Below are positions 20,410 to 31,411 of a stretch of DNA of 64,000 nt, in pieces. A program made the translations under genes and the position numbers. Each line of letters opens with the position of its first letter. Position 1 is the stretch's first letter. Under the pieces are notes generated by a model that was given only the letters and a program-made list of their open reading frames with translations, was not told where the DNA came from and ran no database searches. The DNA comes from Epithemia pelagica. Lineage: Eukaryota > Protista > Bacillariophyta. Location: contig OX337236.1 in assembly GCA_946965045.2 (NCBI GenBank), positions 496,001 to 560,000 on the forward strand, in the 5' to 3' direction.

Positions 20410-20889
20410 CCGTATATATCGTCCTCATCTTGCGGTTGGTGTTGGAGTATTCTTTGTAAAACTAACGTTGGTATAGTGTTTGAATGTTGTATTGTTTTGT
20501 TTGGATTAGGACAGTGGCTTTGTCATGCGCTCTACGACAGTGCTTTCTCAACAACCGAGGCTATGGGGCGGTAGAGGCTGCATTGGAGGAGGTGGCATGG
20601 AGAGGCTCATTCTACTGACTACCTTACAATTTGACAGTGAAGCCTTGGACACGTCGGAACTCTATTTTGACGTCAATCGCTAGCTAGTATTGGACATGTG
20701 GAGACTGCAGCAGTGGTGACTCGAGATGCAGCGTTCGTTTGTTGGTGGAGTGTTAACACTGTGGTAGCATGTAATATAGTTTGAATGGAGCCACCTTACG
20801 GTTGGTCCTTTTGGGCCAAGCCTTACCATCCAACCATCCACCTGTAAGCAACATAAAATGGTCCACAGAGAAGAGTTGTGTGTCTCAGT

Positions 20890-21798
20890 TTAGTTGAAGC
20901 GCAAATATCCCTTTTCGGGATCGGGAATGTACCGGCGTCGATCCGTGTCTTGACCACCACAGCAACATCCACAGGCATTCCACACGGACAGGCTCCGCAG
21001 GATACAAAACAAGGCTGGTGTGACGACGAACCACATGATTCCGGCCAAAACGGCCGACTGGCGAGCATTTTCCTCGTTCCACGACAGCGACGAGTAAATG
21101 GCATCATCATTGGTTTCCGGATCATTGTCTTGTTCATTGGGATTCCCAATCCCCAAGGCTTCATGAACAATGGTCCACAGCAAGAAAAAACCCAAGACGG
21201 TCCAACCCAACCACATGTGCATCCATCGCAGGGGAATGCGACTAATGACAAAGCCGTCGATACACACAACGGCAAATACCAAACCATGCGTCGCCACTTC
21301 CAAATATTCAACTTGTCGGCCATAGTCATGGACCAGGGCCCAATAGACCAAGGTGGACAAGCCTTGCCCAAACACGGCCAGATTAAACACAATCCACGTA
21401 ATCTTGCCACGACCTTGCACCCGTCCATCCACGGGCTGTGGGATTTGACACATGGAATTCAAAAAACTAAACACGGCGTAGAGTGTGGCAAAGAACAAAC
21501 TCCAACTGGTATAATAGGCGTAGTAAAAGTACAGATAGGGCGAGGCCTCCCAGGCCATGACTTGGGTCAACACAATGTAGCCACAGGTACAGACTTTGCC
21601 GAGAAACGACAAGGCTGTGACTGGTCCAAAGGTGGCCGGAACGTCCAATTTTCGCTCCGTCGACGGCTCCTCGACCGAGAACCACGGCTGACAGGGCAAA
21701 CATTCGCGACACATGGACTGACAACAGTTGGGCTGCTTGTTCGACCTCGACATGGTTCTGCGCACTATTCTGTGTGACGAAGACGATTCGGGATACAC
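20890..21798 (-). CDS. Rolling-stone-like (FAR-17a/AIG1-type) multipass membrane protein, paralog 1
   Basis: About 6 TM segments; YAYYTSW, ITWIVFNLA, STLVYWALV, THGLVFAVVCIDGFVISRIPLRW, IYSSLSW. Confidence 0.75.
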   Translation of the reverse strand: MYPESSSSHRIVRRTMSRSNKQPNCCQSMCRECLPCQPWFSVEEPSTERKLDVPATFGPVTALSFLGKVCTCGYIVLTQVMAWEASPYLYFYYAYYTSWSLFFATLYAVFSFLNSMCQIPQPVDGRVQGRGKITWIVFNLAVFGQGLSTLVYWALVHDYGRQVEYLEVATHGLVFAVVCIDGFVISRIPLRWMHMWLGWTVLGFFLLWTIVHEALGIGNPNEQDNDPETNDDAIYSSLSWNEENARQSAVLAGIMWFVVTPALFCILRSLSVWNACGCCCGGQDTDRRRYIPDPEKGYLRFN

Positions 21799-22305
21799 CC
21801 ACTACGGCACAAGCACAAGGTCCAATTGTCTAACGATGATGGCTTGTCGGCTTTCTCGACTCGTTTTCTTTTCGAACTCTCTTCGTCTCCGACGACTCTC
21901 TGCTTCTGCTTGGCCACAAGCCACAAGTTTACGGGCCGGTCGCTCCGATTTAATATGTGAGGGCTTATCACGAATTGCCGGATTGCCAATTAAATTCAAA
22001 CCGACAATTTTGGTATGCCCAAGGGAATCCAGTCGTGTGAACAGATATCTATGCCCCCAACTTTGCGCACAAGCCGACACATCTATTTCTTTATACGAGT
22101 AGAAGCGCCACACATTTCAGACCGCTTGGCAATGTTGATTGTTGATTGTTGATGTGTCGCTTTCTCAGTCTGTAAAGCCTAAGCGACTACACTTCTAGGT
22201 ACCAAGTTTAACGCTGCGCTAAGAAAACTGTTTACAATATATAAATATCACAATAAAATAATATCCAATACTCCATGGTCCACAACACAACACACCAAAC
22301 TACCT

Positions 22306-23187
22306 CTAGACAAAGCTATAGCCTTGCTCAATTTCCGGTAGTAGGTAGCGACGTCGATCTCCACAACAGAATCCGGAAGCAACCGACATGGCTCGAAGGA
22401 TGCTAAAGAGAAGAGGTGAAATGACAAAGACACCAACAATCACCACCATGGATTCAAACATGTCATCTTCGTCCTCCCACGAAACTAGAGAATAAAATCC
22501 ATCATCACCATCTCGAAAGTCATCGTCGTATCCTCGTTCTCGGTACTGATGCAGGTCATGGCGAATGACTGAAAATACCAAGTATACCAACAAGAGCATC
22601 CAGTTGAGCCACAAGTGCGGCCATCGCAGGGGAATTCGGCTAATCACAAAGCCATCAAAACAAACAACGAGAAAGACGAGGCCATGCGTGGCAATTTCAA
22701 AATAGTTGGGCACCCCGGCAAAGTTTTCCAACAAGACCATAAAGACGAGGGAGGCCACCGAGGTCAGAAACTGGGAAAAGACGGCCAAATTGAATACAAT
22801 CCATGTAAACAAGGCTCGTCCTCGGACATGTTCGTCGTTGGGCTGAGCGACTTCAAAGAGCGCGTTGGAAAAACTCATGACAGCATAGATGCTGGCCAAG
22901 AGCAACGCCCAACTGTTGTAGTACGCGTACGAGAAATCCGGTTGGTACTGGATATTCCAAGCCATGGCTTGGGTCAACAGAATGTAGCCACTGGTAAAAA
23001 ACTTGGCAATTATGGCCGGAGTTTCATTGGGCCCAAAGGTGGCTGGAATATCCAATTTGCGTTTGGTGGCAGGATCCTCGACCGAGAACCAGGGTTGAAA
23101 GGGCAGACATTCATGACAACATGTGCAGCAACGGCATCGGTCCTTGACGGTGCGAATCGCTTCTCTTCGTTTTTCCATCAAGCTCAT
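22306..23187 (-). CDS. Rolling-stone-like membrane protein, paralog 2
   Basis: Same motifs as paralog 1 but YAYYNSW; closely similar to paralog 3. Confidence 0.75.
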   Translation of the reverse strand: MSLMEKRREAIRTVKDRCRCCTCCHECLPFQPWFSVEDPATKRKLDIPATFGPNETPAIIAKFFTSGYILLTQAMAWNIQYQPDFSYAYYNSWALLLASIYAVMSFSNALFEVAQPNDEHVRGRALFTWIVFNLAVFSQFLTSVASLVFMVLLENFAGVPNYFEIATHGLVFLVVCFDGFVISRIPLRWPHLWLNWMLLLVYLVFSVIRHDLHQYRERGYDDDFRDGDDGFYSLVSWEDEDDMFESMVVIVGVFVISPLLFSILRAMSVASGFCCGDRRRYLLPEIEQGYSFV

Positions 23188-23739
23188 GGTGGGCTGTGTG
23201 TTGTTCTAGAAGAAGAAGAAGACTATGCTTGAGGTTTTGTTCAGTAGCAAATGTTTGTAAGAGGCAAAGCCTGTCGAGAGGAATCTTCTCTGGGGTGCCG
23301 TCGGAAAAATGGGCGAATCGTATCTTGTAGTTGGAATTTTTTGGTGCCGAAAAATGTCCGGCGGCATGGCTCAAGTTTTTGTGTGAGAAAAAGGGTGTAC
23401 TCCTTTATGTCTAGATGTTGCATTAGATAAGCTACCTTTTGCTAGCGAGTTGACGTTGGGAGAGTTGAGATTCCGTTGGATTAAAGGCAATAAGACAGAG
23501 CGAGAGCAAGAGATTACAACTTGTAAACACGAGTTTTTACAGGACTAATTCACAAGTAATAAGTACATAGTACTCTCTACTTCAACTAGTACTCCTAGTA
23601 GGAGAACTCGTATCAGAGATATCTAGTTAGCGAGGACGGAGAAGCAGTCGTCGACCTCTCTAGAGTTAGAATAGCTGTGATTTTGTTGGTCGATTAGGAG
23701 CATTTGGTAGTCCGGTTTAGCTTCTCCAAGATGGGCCTA

Positions 23740-24180
23740 CCACCGCCTATGCTATAAATGCGAACGTCGCTGTGTTTTCCGGCTGAAACATGTCCCAAGA
23801 CTCACAACGGAGATTAATGTCCCCCTTAAATACGGGGGCCTCTGATCCATTTCATGGGGGAACCTGCGGGAATGGATACCCTACAACTGGAGGGAACGAT
23901 CCTCCGGACCATGATGGCACGGCGACATCCTACCCATGGTAAGATGTCCACGAACTACCCAGAACCAACCAGCTGGATGATGCGAAGTCGCTCGTTGCGA
24001 CTGCAACGGACCATTCGCACGACCACCAACAACAACAACGCCCCACCAGTCCCATGGTCATGGTTTTGGATTTGCGAGGGTCTGGCTTGTGTCCATTTTC
24101 GACAACACTTTTTTGTTCTGAAAGAATGTTTGTTAGGCCACGATCCTCGCAACTGGTTGATTGCTCGAACACCTCGAGAG
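23740..24180 (+). pseudogene. Truncated, frameshifted duplicate of the promoter and 5' end of the lipoate-protein ligase gene
   Basis: Aligns to about 25730-26170 (ctgaaacatgtc.caagact; TNNNNAPPVP vs TNNNVPPLP; LDLRGSGL; ECLLGHDPRNWLI vs ECLLRHDTRNWLI). Carries frameshifts (e.g. ttgtgtcc vs ttgtcc) and homology ends after about 90 codons. Confidence 0.85.
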
Positions 24181-24514
24181 ACCTTGTACCTTGGATTCAT
24201 TGGGTGCCCAAGAAAATGTCGGGCGCATTGCTGATCGCTTGTCAAGTTTTCGTGTGAGAACAGCTGTATTATATAAACCTACCTGTCTAGCGGGGTGACC
24301 ACCATTATTGTCCATACATGTTTCGTACTAGAGTCTCTATCTAATCTCTAGACGGGGCAGAGAAAGAACACTGTCTCAGTAGCCTCAGCGACTAGGAACT
24401 ACCGCTGTGATCCGAAAACTTTTTTACAATAGAAATCATAAAAAGAGTATCCACGGATGCCCAATGCGGTCCCCAACAACGCGCGACGGATGAGGAACCC
24501 AACACCCTCCCTCC

Positions 24515-25408
24515 CTAGGCAAAGTCGCTGTAGCCTGGTTCAACGTCCGGCACGAGGTAGCGACGTCGATCCCCCGTACATGCTCCCAACGAGACCGACA
24601 GGGCTCGCAGGATGCCAAAGAGAAGAGGTGACGTAACAAAGACGCCCACAATCATGAACATGGATTGAAACATGTCATCTTCATCCTCCCAGGAAACAAC
24701 CAGAGAATGAAATCCATCATCCCCATTTCGAAAGTCATCGTCGTATCCTCGTTGTTCTTGTACATACTGATCCGGGTCATGACGCAGAACCGAAAACACC
24801 ATGTATCCCAACAAGAGCATCCAATTGAGCCACAAGTGAGGCCATCGCAGGGGAATTCGGTTAATCACAAAGCCATCCACACAAACAACGACAAAGACCA
24901 GTCCATGCGTGGCAATCTCGAGATAGCCGGGCACCTGGTCCAAGTTCTCCAACAGGACCATGTAGACGAGGTAGGCCACCGTGGTCAAAAACTGGGAAAA
25001 GACGGCCAAATTAAACACAATCCATGTCAACAAGGCCCGTCCTCGTACAAAGTCGTCATTGGGCTGAGGGATTTCAAAGAGCGTATTGGAAAAACTCAAA
25101 ATGGCATAGATCGTGGCCAAGAGCAAGGACCAACTGTTGTAGTACTCGTACGAGTAATCCGGGTGGGGATGGATTGTCCAGGCCAAAATCTGTGTCAACA
25201 AAATGTAGCCACAGGTGACGCTCTTGGCTTTCAAGTCGGACGTTTCATAGGGGCCAAAGGTGGCCTGAATGTCCAATTTGCGAAAGGTGGCTGGATCCTC
25301 GACCGAGAACCAGGGTTGAAAGGGCACACATTCATGACAACACGTGCAGCAACGGTATCGATCCTTGACCACGCGAATGGCTTCTTTTCGTTTTTCCATC
25401 AAGCTCAT
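24515..25408 (-). CDS. Rolling-stone-like membrane protein, paralog 3
   Basis: Same motifs, with YEYYNSW; shares the MSLMEK start and 3' flank with paralog 2. Confidence 0.75.
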   Translation of the reverse strand: MSLMEKRKEAIRVVKDRYRCCTCCHECVPFQPWFSVEDPATFRKLDIQATFGPYETSDLKAKSVTCGYILLTQILAWTIHPHPDYSYEYYNSWSLLLATIYAILSFSNTLFEIPQPNDDFVRGRALLTWIVFNLAVFSQFLTTVAYLVYMVLLENLDQVPGYLEIATHGLVFVVVCVDGFVINRIPLRWPHLWLNWMLLLGYMVFSVLRHDPDQYVQEQRGYDDDFRNGDDGFHSLVVSWEDEDDMFQSMFMIVGVFVTSPLLFGILRALSVSLGACTGDRRRYLVPDVEPGYSDFA

Positions 25409-25893
25409 GGTGTTGTGGTATGTTGTGTCGGGACAAGGAATGGAACAAGAGACTCGAGGTCTTCGTTTCGTGCAAAGAATGGTTGCGAAACTTCCTTACG
25501 CCCCAACCAAACCAAGGTGAAGCATCGTGCCACCAACAGAACCAACGTGAAGCATTGGCCTCTCACATTGGAGTGTTGGTTTCGTGTTGGCCTGCGGACC
25601 GAGACAGGTGTTGGTTTGGGGGATTAGGACCTCTACTACAGTGGCACCAAAAGGCCTCAAAAGCTGAAATTGTTGACGGGGGTGGCCCGCCTCGCTTGTC
25701 ATCGTTGCGTGTGTTCCGATGTCATGGTGCATCTGAAACATGTCGCAAGACTCTCATCGGATCATCATCGGCTTGTTTTGATTTGTGTCCCGCCCTTAAA
25801 CTGATCCATTGAATGGGGGAACTTCCTCCCGAGGAAACCAATTTGGGGGCATGATGTCATCGCGAAATTCCAGAGAAAGATCTTGCCCCAACC

Positions 25894-27213
25894 ATGATGA
25901 TGGCACGGCGACCACTCTGCCTACCCATGGTACGACAGATGGCACATGTTCCAGCACCGCTCAGAAGCAGATGGATGGGGTGGAATCGCTCCATGCGACC
26001 ACAAAGGACCATGATGAGCACCACCGCCACCAACAACAACGTTCCACCATTACCCGTTGTTGTCCACTGGTTGGATTTGCGAGGATCGGGCTTGTCCATT
26101 TTCGAACGCTTGTTGTTGGAAGAATGCTTGTTGCGTCATGATACTCGCAATTGGTTGATTGTGGGAACCCACCTCGCCACTCCCCACCGATACCTGTCAT
26201 CATCATCATCATCATCCTCCTCCATTGCTACTAGTACCAAACCAGTGTTTGGAACAGCCTGGGACGAAGAGGGTCCGACGCAGAATCGCGACAGTGCCAT
26301 TGTCCTTGGATTAGGCGGCAAGCCACACGAACTGCTCAACCTCGACCTCGTACAAGAAGAAGGCTGCATGTGTATTAAACGATTTACGGGGGGAGGCACG
26401 GTGGTGTTGGATGCCGATTCCATTTGGACGACCCTCCTGTTTCGACCAGCCTCCACCACCACCAACAACAAAAATCAACAACAACAACAACCACAACAAG
26501 ATTTACCCGATCTCTTTCCTCGACCCATTATGGAATGGACCTCGCAACGGCTCTTTGCACCCGTGTTTGCCTCGCTCCGTCAACAAGAAGCAGAAGCAGC
26601 ACGTGCTGCCCAGTCGCACCCAAAGAGCAATTCCAGCAACAATCCTTCCACACAAAAAACCTTGGTGTTGGATACGAAATCGTGTGCTGTCGAAAACACA
26701 GGCCGTGTCATTCAAGTAAAGAGTGGTTCGGTCGAGAAGCAACATCCAACAACAACCACCACCACAACGACACGGGGTAGTGTTGAATGGGAGTACGCCT
26801 TACGAGAAAACGACTACGTCTTGGGGGACTTGAAAATGGGCGGCAATGCGCAGAGTATTACCAAAGAGGGCTGGTTGCATCATACCAGTTTTTTGTGGGA
26901 TTATCAAGACGACACCATGAAGTACTTGACCTTACCGAACAAACGTCCCGACTATCGACAGGATCGATCGCATGCCGACTTTTTGGTCAAACTCAAAACG
27001 GCCTTTCCCCACTTGACCAAACACGACTTTGGTACCACCTTGGTCACCGTGGCGTCGCAACACGCGGGATGGAACGTGCAACGACGAACTTTGCGCGACG
27101 CCTTGGCCGTCGTCCAACAAGTCTATTCCGCGGCGCAAGGACCGGCACAAGCCTTGCAACAATGGTCGCAACACAAGAGCCGGACACGAATCCTCGACGA
27201 CAAGTGGCAATAG
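25894..27213 (+). CDS. Lipoate-protein ligase/lipoyltransferase (BPL/LplA family), probably mitochondrial
   Basis: AIVLGLGGKP, IKRFTGGGTVVLD, KMGGNAQ, LHHTSFLWDY, PDYRQDRSHADFL; Arg-rich N-terminus lacking acidic residues. Confidence 0.88.
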   Translation: MMMARRPLCLPMVRQMAHVPAPLRSRWMGWNRSMRPQRTMMSTTATNNNVPPLPVVVHWLDLRGSGLSIFERLLLEECLLRHDTRNWLIVGTHLATPHRYLSSSSSSSSSIATSTKPVFGTAWDEEGPTQNRDSAIVLGLGGKPHELLNLDLVQEEGCMCIKRFTGGGTVVLDADSIWTTLLFRPASTTTNNKNQQQQQPQQDLPDLFPRPIMEWTSQRLFAPVFASLRQQEAEAARAAQSHPKSNSSNNPSTQKTLVLDTKSCAVENTGRVIQVKSGSVEKQHPTTTTTTTTRGSVEWEYALRENDYVLGDLKMGGNAQSITKEGWLHHTSFLWDYQDDTMKYLTLPNKRPDYRQDRSHADFLVKLKTAFPHLTKHDFGTTLVTVASQHAGWNVQRRTLRDALAVVQQVYSAAQGPAQALQQWSQHKSRTRILDDKWQ

Positions 27214-27459
27214 CGGCCAGCGTCATGTCCACTCGCTATCGGCGAGAGGGTGTGGTACAACAGGTTCCTAGCTGGAGCGACTCGATCCTATATCCTGTCA
27301 AGGCATCTCGCAGGTCCACTAATATCATGTACATACTGTGCAAAGGTTTCGTCCACAGTTCCCCGGCAAACCCTCCCTTTGATGAAATCACTCCAGACGC
27401 TACAGCTTGTTCGCTAAAGATTTTGAAACCTATTCCAAACCCACTGATGTTAAGAAGAA

Positions 27460-29376
27460 TCATGTCTTTTTCAGTTTCTTTCGTAGTGTGGCAGGGATGG
27501 TGGATTGAACGGTTCGTTTGGGTTTGGAGGGTTTGCTCTTGGTGGTGGTTGTGGATTTGGAGTTGGACGATCCCCCCAATGTCCCTTGACGCGCCGCCTG
27601 GGCGGCGTGGCGCGCCGCATCGGGATACAGTGCCACAAATTGTGCGACATTGAATTTGCGTTTGCATCCATTGTAATTCATGAATCGAATCTTTCCAAAG
27701 ACTTCTCGTTCCTTCCATCCTTGATCATGAATGCCCATGATACTCCATCCCACACCGACAAAGCCATTGGGATCCTTGCCATCCAGGGCAAACTTGTCAT
27801 TGAGGTATTGGGCGGCCCGGAGGGCAAATTCGGGCGAGACGGTCCATTCCAAAATCTTTTTGGCCCAATACATGCGCAAAAAGCCATGCATTTGACCCTC
27901 GTGAACCAATTGCAATTGCGCCGCATTCCACAAGTCGTCGTGCGTGCGAGCCTGTTCCAATTGTTGGAGGGTGTACAACCAGTCCCGCTTGTCACAGGCA
28001 TGCACTTGTAACGTGTCTTGGGCCCAGTCCAAGGCCGCCGTCAAGGCATCGTAATCATTGGGTGTGTAATAGCAAAAATTGTCGGACAATTCCCGTCGAA
28101 TGACACCCTCTTCGACAAAACTCGACGAGCCCTCGGCATATTTTTTCAATTGTTTGATAAGGAGGGTAATGCGTTGAAAGGAAATGTGCCCATGATTGGT
28201 CCAGGCGGACAAGTTGGAACAAATGTTACGTTGTGTGGGATCGTTGCGACCGGTATCGTACGTTTTGAGACCCTGACGGACAAAGGATTCGTATTGGTCC
28301 ATGCCGGCGTGGGTGCCCGGAATGGCCCAATCCACGGAGGGAACGCTTTCGTCCCAGTGCAAATACGATTCGTACGTGGCTCGATCAAACGAGGGCAAAT
28401 CGTCATTCTTGGACGTTGCTCCTCCCTTCTCGCGATACACCTCGGACAATGTGGGAAAATCCGTCAGGTACTTGTTCAAGACGCGATGAATGCGGGGTCG
28501 CAAGGTTCGGGCTCCAATTTGCCGCCGTCCTTCTCCCGCAATCCAAACGGGAACAATATTGTGCGCATCCACTTGATACAGGGGAATCCGAGCCGCTTGC
28601 AACAAGGGTGCCGCTTGCAATTCCATCCATTCACGCGCATGCCGAAGGGGCGAAAAGTCCACCACCAAGGCAAGCAGCAAGGACTTGGCGTCCTTGTCCT
28701 TGCCCTGACAAAAGTCCACCACGGTTTGACCCACCGTGTCATACGAAGATGGCAGCAGCACATGAAAGGGAATTCCCAATTGCTGGAGTTCGGTATGAAC
28801 GTGTTGCAATCCTCCCAACAAAAAGTCCCCATGTCGAGCCGTCATGGGGAGTTGGGCCAAGGTCGGTGGAAGAGAATGGTCCTCGTCCACCGATTGTGGT
28901 GGTGGTGGAAGTGCATAGACCACGGTGAGGGGCACGTTCCATTGCCGTGCCAGACTGGCCGACCACAACAAGGCCCAATTATCGACGGTTCGCATATCTC
29001 GATGCATCCAATACACGACATGTTGTTGCTTGTTGGTTTTCGATGGAGATGGTACTCCAATATCGGGAGAGGTTAAACATTTGGTTCGTTCTGGCAGCAT
29101 CCATTTGGGAAGGAGGGACGCCGGAGCATGGACGACGGGATGGTTGGTCAATGACATGGTAGTCTTATGGGAAGTGGAGTACAGTCGAGAAAGGAACACG
29201 GAATTGAAACGAGGACCGTGTCTTTTCGGAGCAACAGCACCGAACCGAGCCAAGCCCTGGACCAAGACGGACGACGGGGAACGAATGAGTCGCAACAAAA
29301 TGATGATGGTAATGAGACTAGGGTACCAATGCGCACCAAAGATTCGAAGAGGAGACGTGATCACTCCCTGCTTCAT
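27460..29376 (-). CDS. phr: Class II CPD photolyase
   Basis: VVYWMHRDMRTVDNWAL, RRELSDNFCYY, MHGFLRMYWAKKILEW, DGKDPNGFVGVGWSIMGIHDQGWKEREVFGKIRFMN. Confidence 0.95.
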   Translation of the reverse strand: MKQGVITSPLRIFGAHWYPSLITIIILLRLIRSPSSVLVQGLARFGAVAPKRHGPRFNSVFLSRLYSTSHKTTMSLTNHPVVHAPASLLPKWMLPERTKCLTSPDIGVPSPSKTNKQQHVVYWMHRDMRTVDNWALLWSASLARQWNVPLTVVYALPPPPQSVDEDHSLPPTLAQLPMTARHGDFLLGGLQHVHTELQQLGIPFHVLLPSSYDTVGQTVVDFCQGKDKDAKSLLLALVVDFSPLRHAREWMELQAAPLLQAARIPLYQVDAHNIVPVWIAGEGRRQIGARTLRPRIHRVLNKYLTDFPTLSEVYREKGGATSKNDDLPSFDRATYESYLHWDESVPSVDWAIPGTHAGMDQYESFVRQGLKTYDTGRNDPTQRNICSNLSAWTNHGHISFQRITLLIKQLKKYAEGSSSFVEEGVIRRELSDNFCYYTPNDYDALTAALDWAQDTLQVHACDKRDWLYTLQQLEQARTHDDLWNAAQLQLVHEGQMHGFLRMYWAKKILEWTVSPEFALRAAQYLNDKFALDGKDPNGFVGVGWSIMGIHDQGWKEREVFGKIRFMNYNGCKRKFNVAQFVALYPDAARHAAQAARQGTLGGSSNSKSTTTTKSKPSKPKRTVQSTIPATLRKKLKKT

Positions 29377-29781
29377 TCAACCCTCTTCAGTGGTTGCCAA
29401 AGCTGAATCAATCCATACACAATGGGATTGATTGATTCTATTCCAAGTAGATTGAGTAAATAATGTCTTCTCTTTCTGTGTTGCGCATCCGTCACTGGGG
29501 TAAGCGTTGATGGATCGCGAGAGAGAATGAGATGATCATGGTGACTGACACAGAAAAATGCGAGCCGATGTGGCACATTCCATCAGGAGACCGACGCGCG
29601 CGCTCTGACTCGGAGCGACCGCTTTCGTGGTCGCGGATCTTTTGGATGATTCATTCTCCGTGATTGGCATATCCACATCACATCAAGAGAGGTGTGGCAA
29701 GTGGCAAGGGTTGCCGTTGTCATCGCTCTCCGGTTCGATTCCATCACACTCCCAGACTCTTTGGCAGCTCGTACTCTCACC

Positions 29782-31411
29782 ATGGTCATGAAGACAGCAA
29801 CCTTTCTTGCGGTGGCGGTATGGATCGTTTCCGATGCATCGGCCTTTGGCCCTGCGTTCTTGACACCACCGCCACGCACGACAACAACGGCGACGGGTCC
29901 TGGATCTTTGCTCTCCATGAGCAACGACAAGGAGGACAACAATCAGTCGTCTTCGTCGTGGTGGAATGGAGTAGTAGAACAGGGACACAAGGCTGTGGTA
30001 TCGGGAGTCTTGGCGGCCACCCTGTGGTCGTTGCCCGCCATGAATGTCCCCCTTCCGTTTCCTCATCATCAAGGAGGAGCACCCGTCATGACGGCACAGG
30101 CCAAGGAAATGGCATCCGGCACTGGATCGCGAGTCAATAAGGATGCCGAATCCTTGCTTCGCTATGGACTGCCCATTAACAACAAGGAAGTGAGTTAAAT
30201 CGAGTCGTCGTTGTCGTCGTTTATATGGATGGATGGATTTACTTGCTTGTGTGGAATGACCGTCGTGTTCCTGGACACATTTTCGTCGTCGTTGTGAATC
30301 GAAAACGACTCGAGGGAATTTCCCCCCGTCTCTTCAGGGCGCCATATAACTCACACAAGGTACTTCTTCCTCCTGTTTTTCCTTTTCTCTCTAGGTTCGC
30401 AAATTACAAGTGACCTTGGAAACGATTAAATTGGACATTGGGACGAAACGCAAATCGGCCGCCTTGGACGGTGTCAAAAAGAGTGCCACCTTGTTGAATC
30501 AAGACAAGGCCAAGTATTTGGCCTCGTGTCGCGATGCCAACACTTGTGCCGACTTGGTATCCAGCATGATGCAAGAGTTGGATCCCCTCAGTGCCGCCCT
30601 CAAGGAATCCATGGATTCCTTTCAGGGGAGTGAACAAGAACGAGCCGCTCAAGACAAGGCCTATGAGGCCCAAAAAGCCTTGGTGGACCAACTCACTGTG
30701 TTGCAAGAACAAATGATTCCGGCCGGCTACAAGGTTCCCGTGCCGGACGACTATGCCGATTTGCCCCAACTCCAAGGCCGCGCCACGGTCGAAATGCTCT
30801 TGAAAAAGGCTCAAGCCGGCGATACCTTTGATATCAATGGACGGACCTATCCGGAAGCTCGCATGACCATGGTCATTGATGGGTACGCCGCTCCCGTGAC
30901 TGGTGGCAACTTTGTCGAATTGGTCAGCAAGGGATTTTACAACAAGATGCTCATTCAACGATCCGATGGCTTTGTCGTCCAAACGGGAGATCCCGACGGC
31001 GACGCCGATGGTTATGTCGCTCCGGGTAGTAAAAGTGTCGGCAATGGCAAACAGGGGGAACGATTGGTTCCTCTGGAAATTTTTGTCCGGGGCGACGCTG
31101 GTCCCTTTTACGAAACCACCATTGAAGACGAGGGTCGGGGTGGACAAGCCACGGTCTTGCCCTTTTCGAGTTTTGGCGCCATGGGATGGGCCCGAGATGA
31201 ATACGATCCCAATTCCGGTTCCTCCCAATTCTTTTGGCTCTTGTTTGATTCCGATTTGACCCCGGCGGGAAAAAATGTCTTGGATGGACGATACCCCTGC
31301 TTTGGTTATGTCGTGGAGGGAGCCGACTTTTTGCAAGATGTCAAGGAAGGTGATGTCATTGTGTCGGCCACTGTCACAAAGGGAATGGACAAGTTGGTGC
31401 TTCCACGATAA
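29782..31411 (+). CDS. CYP38: Thylakoid-lumen cyclophilin, CYP38/TLP40 type; intron at 30190-30394
   Basis: Signal peptide plus ASAFGP plastid motif and a lumenal AQA site. SLLRYGLPINNKE|VRKLQ is joined by a GTGAGT...CTAG intron. Cyclophilin domain IDGYAAPVTGGNFVELV...FVVQTGDP...SGSSQFFW...DGRYPCFGYV. Confidence 0.85.
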
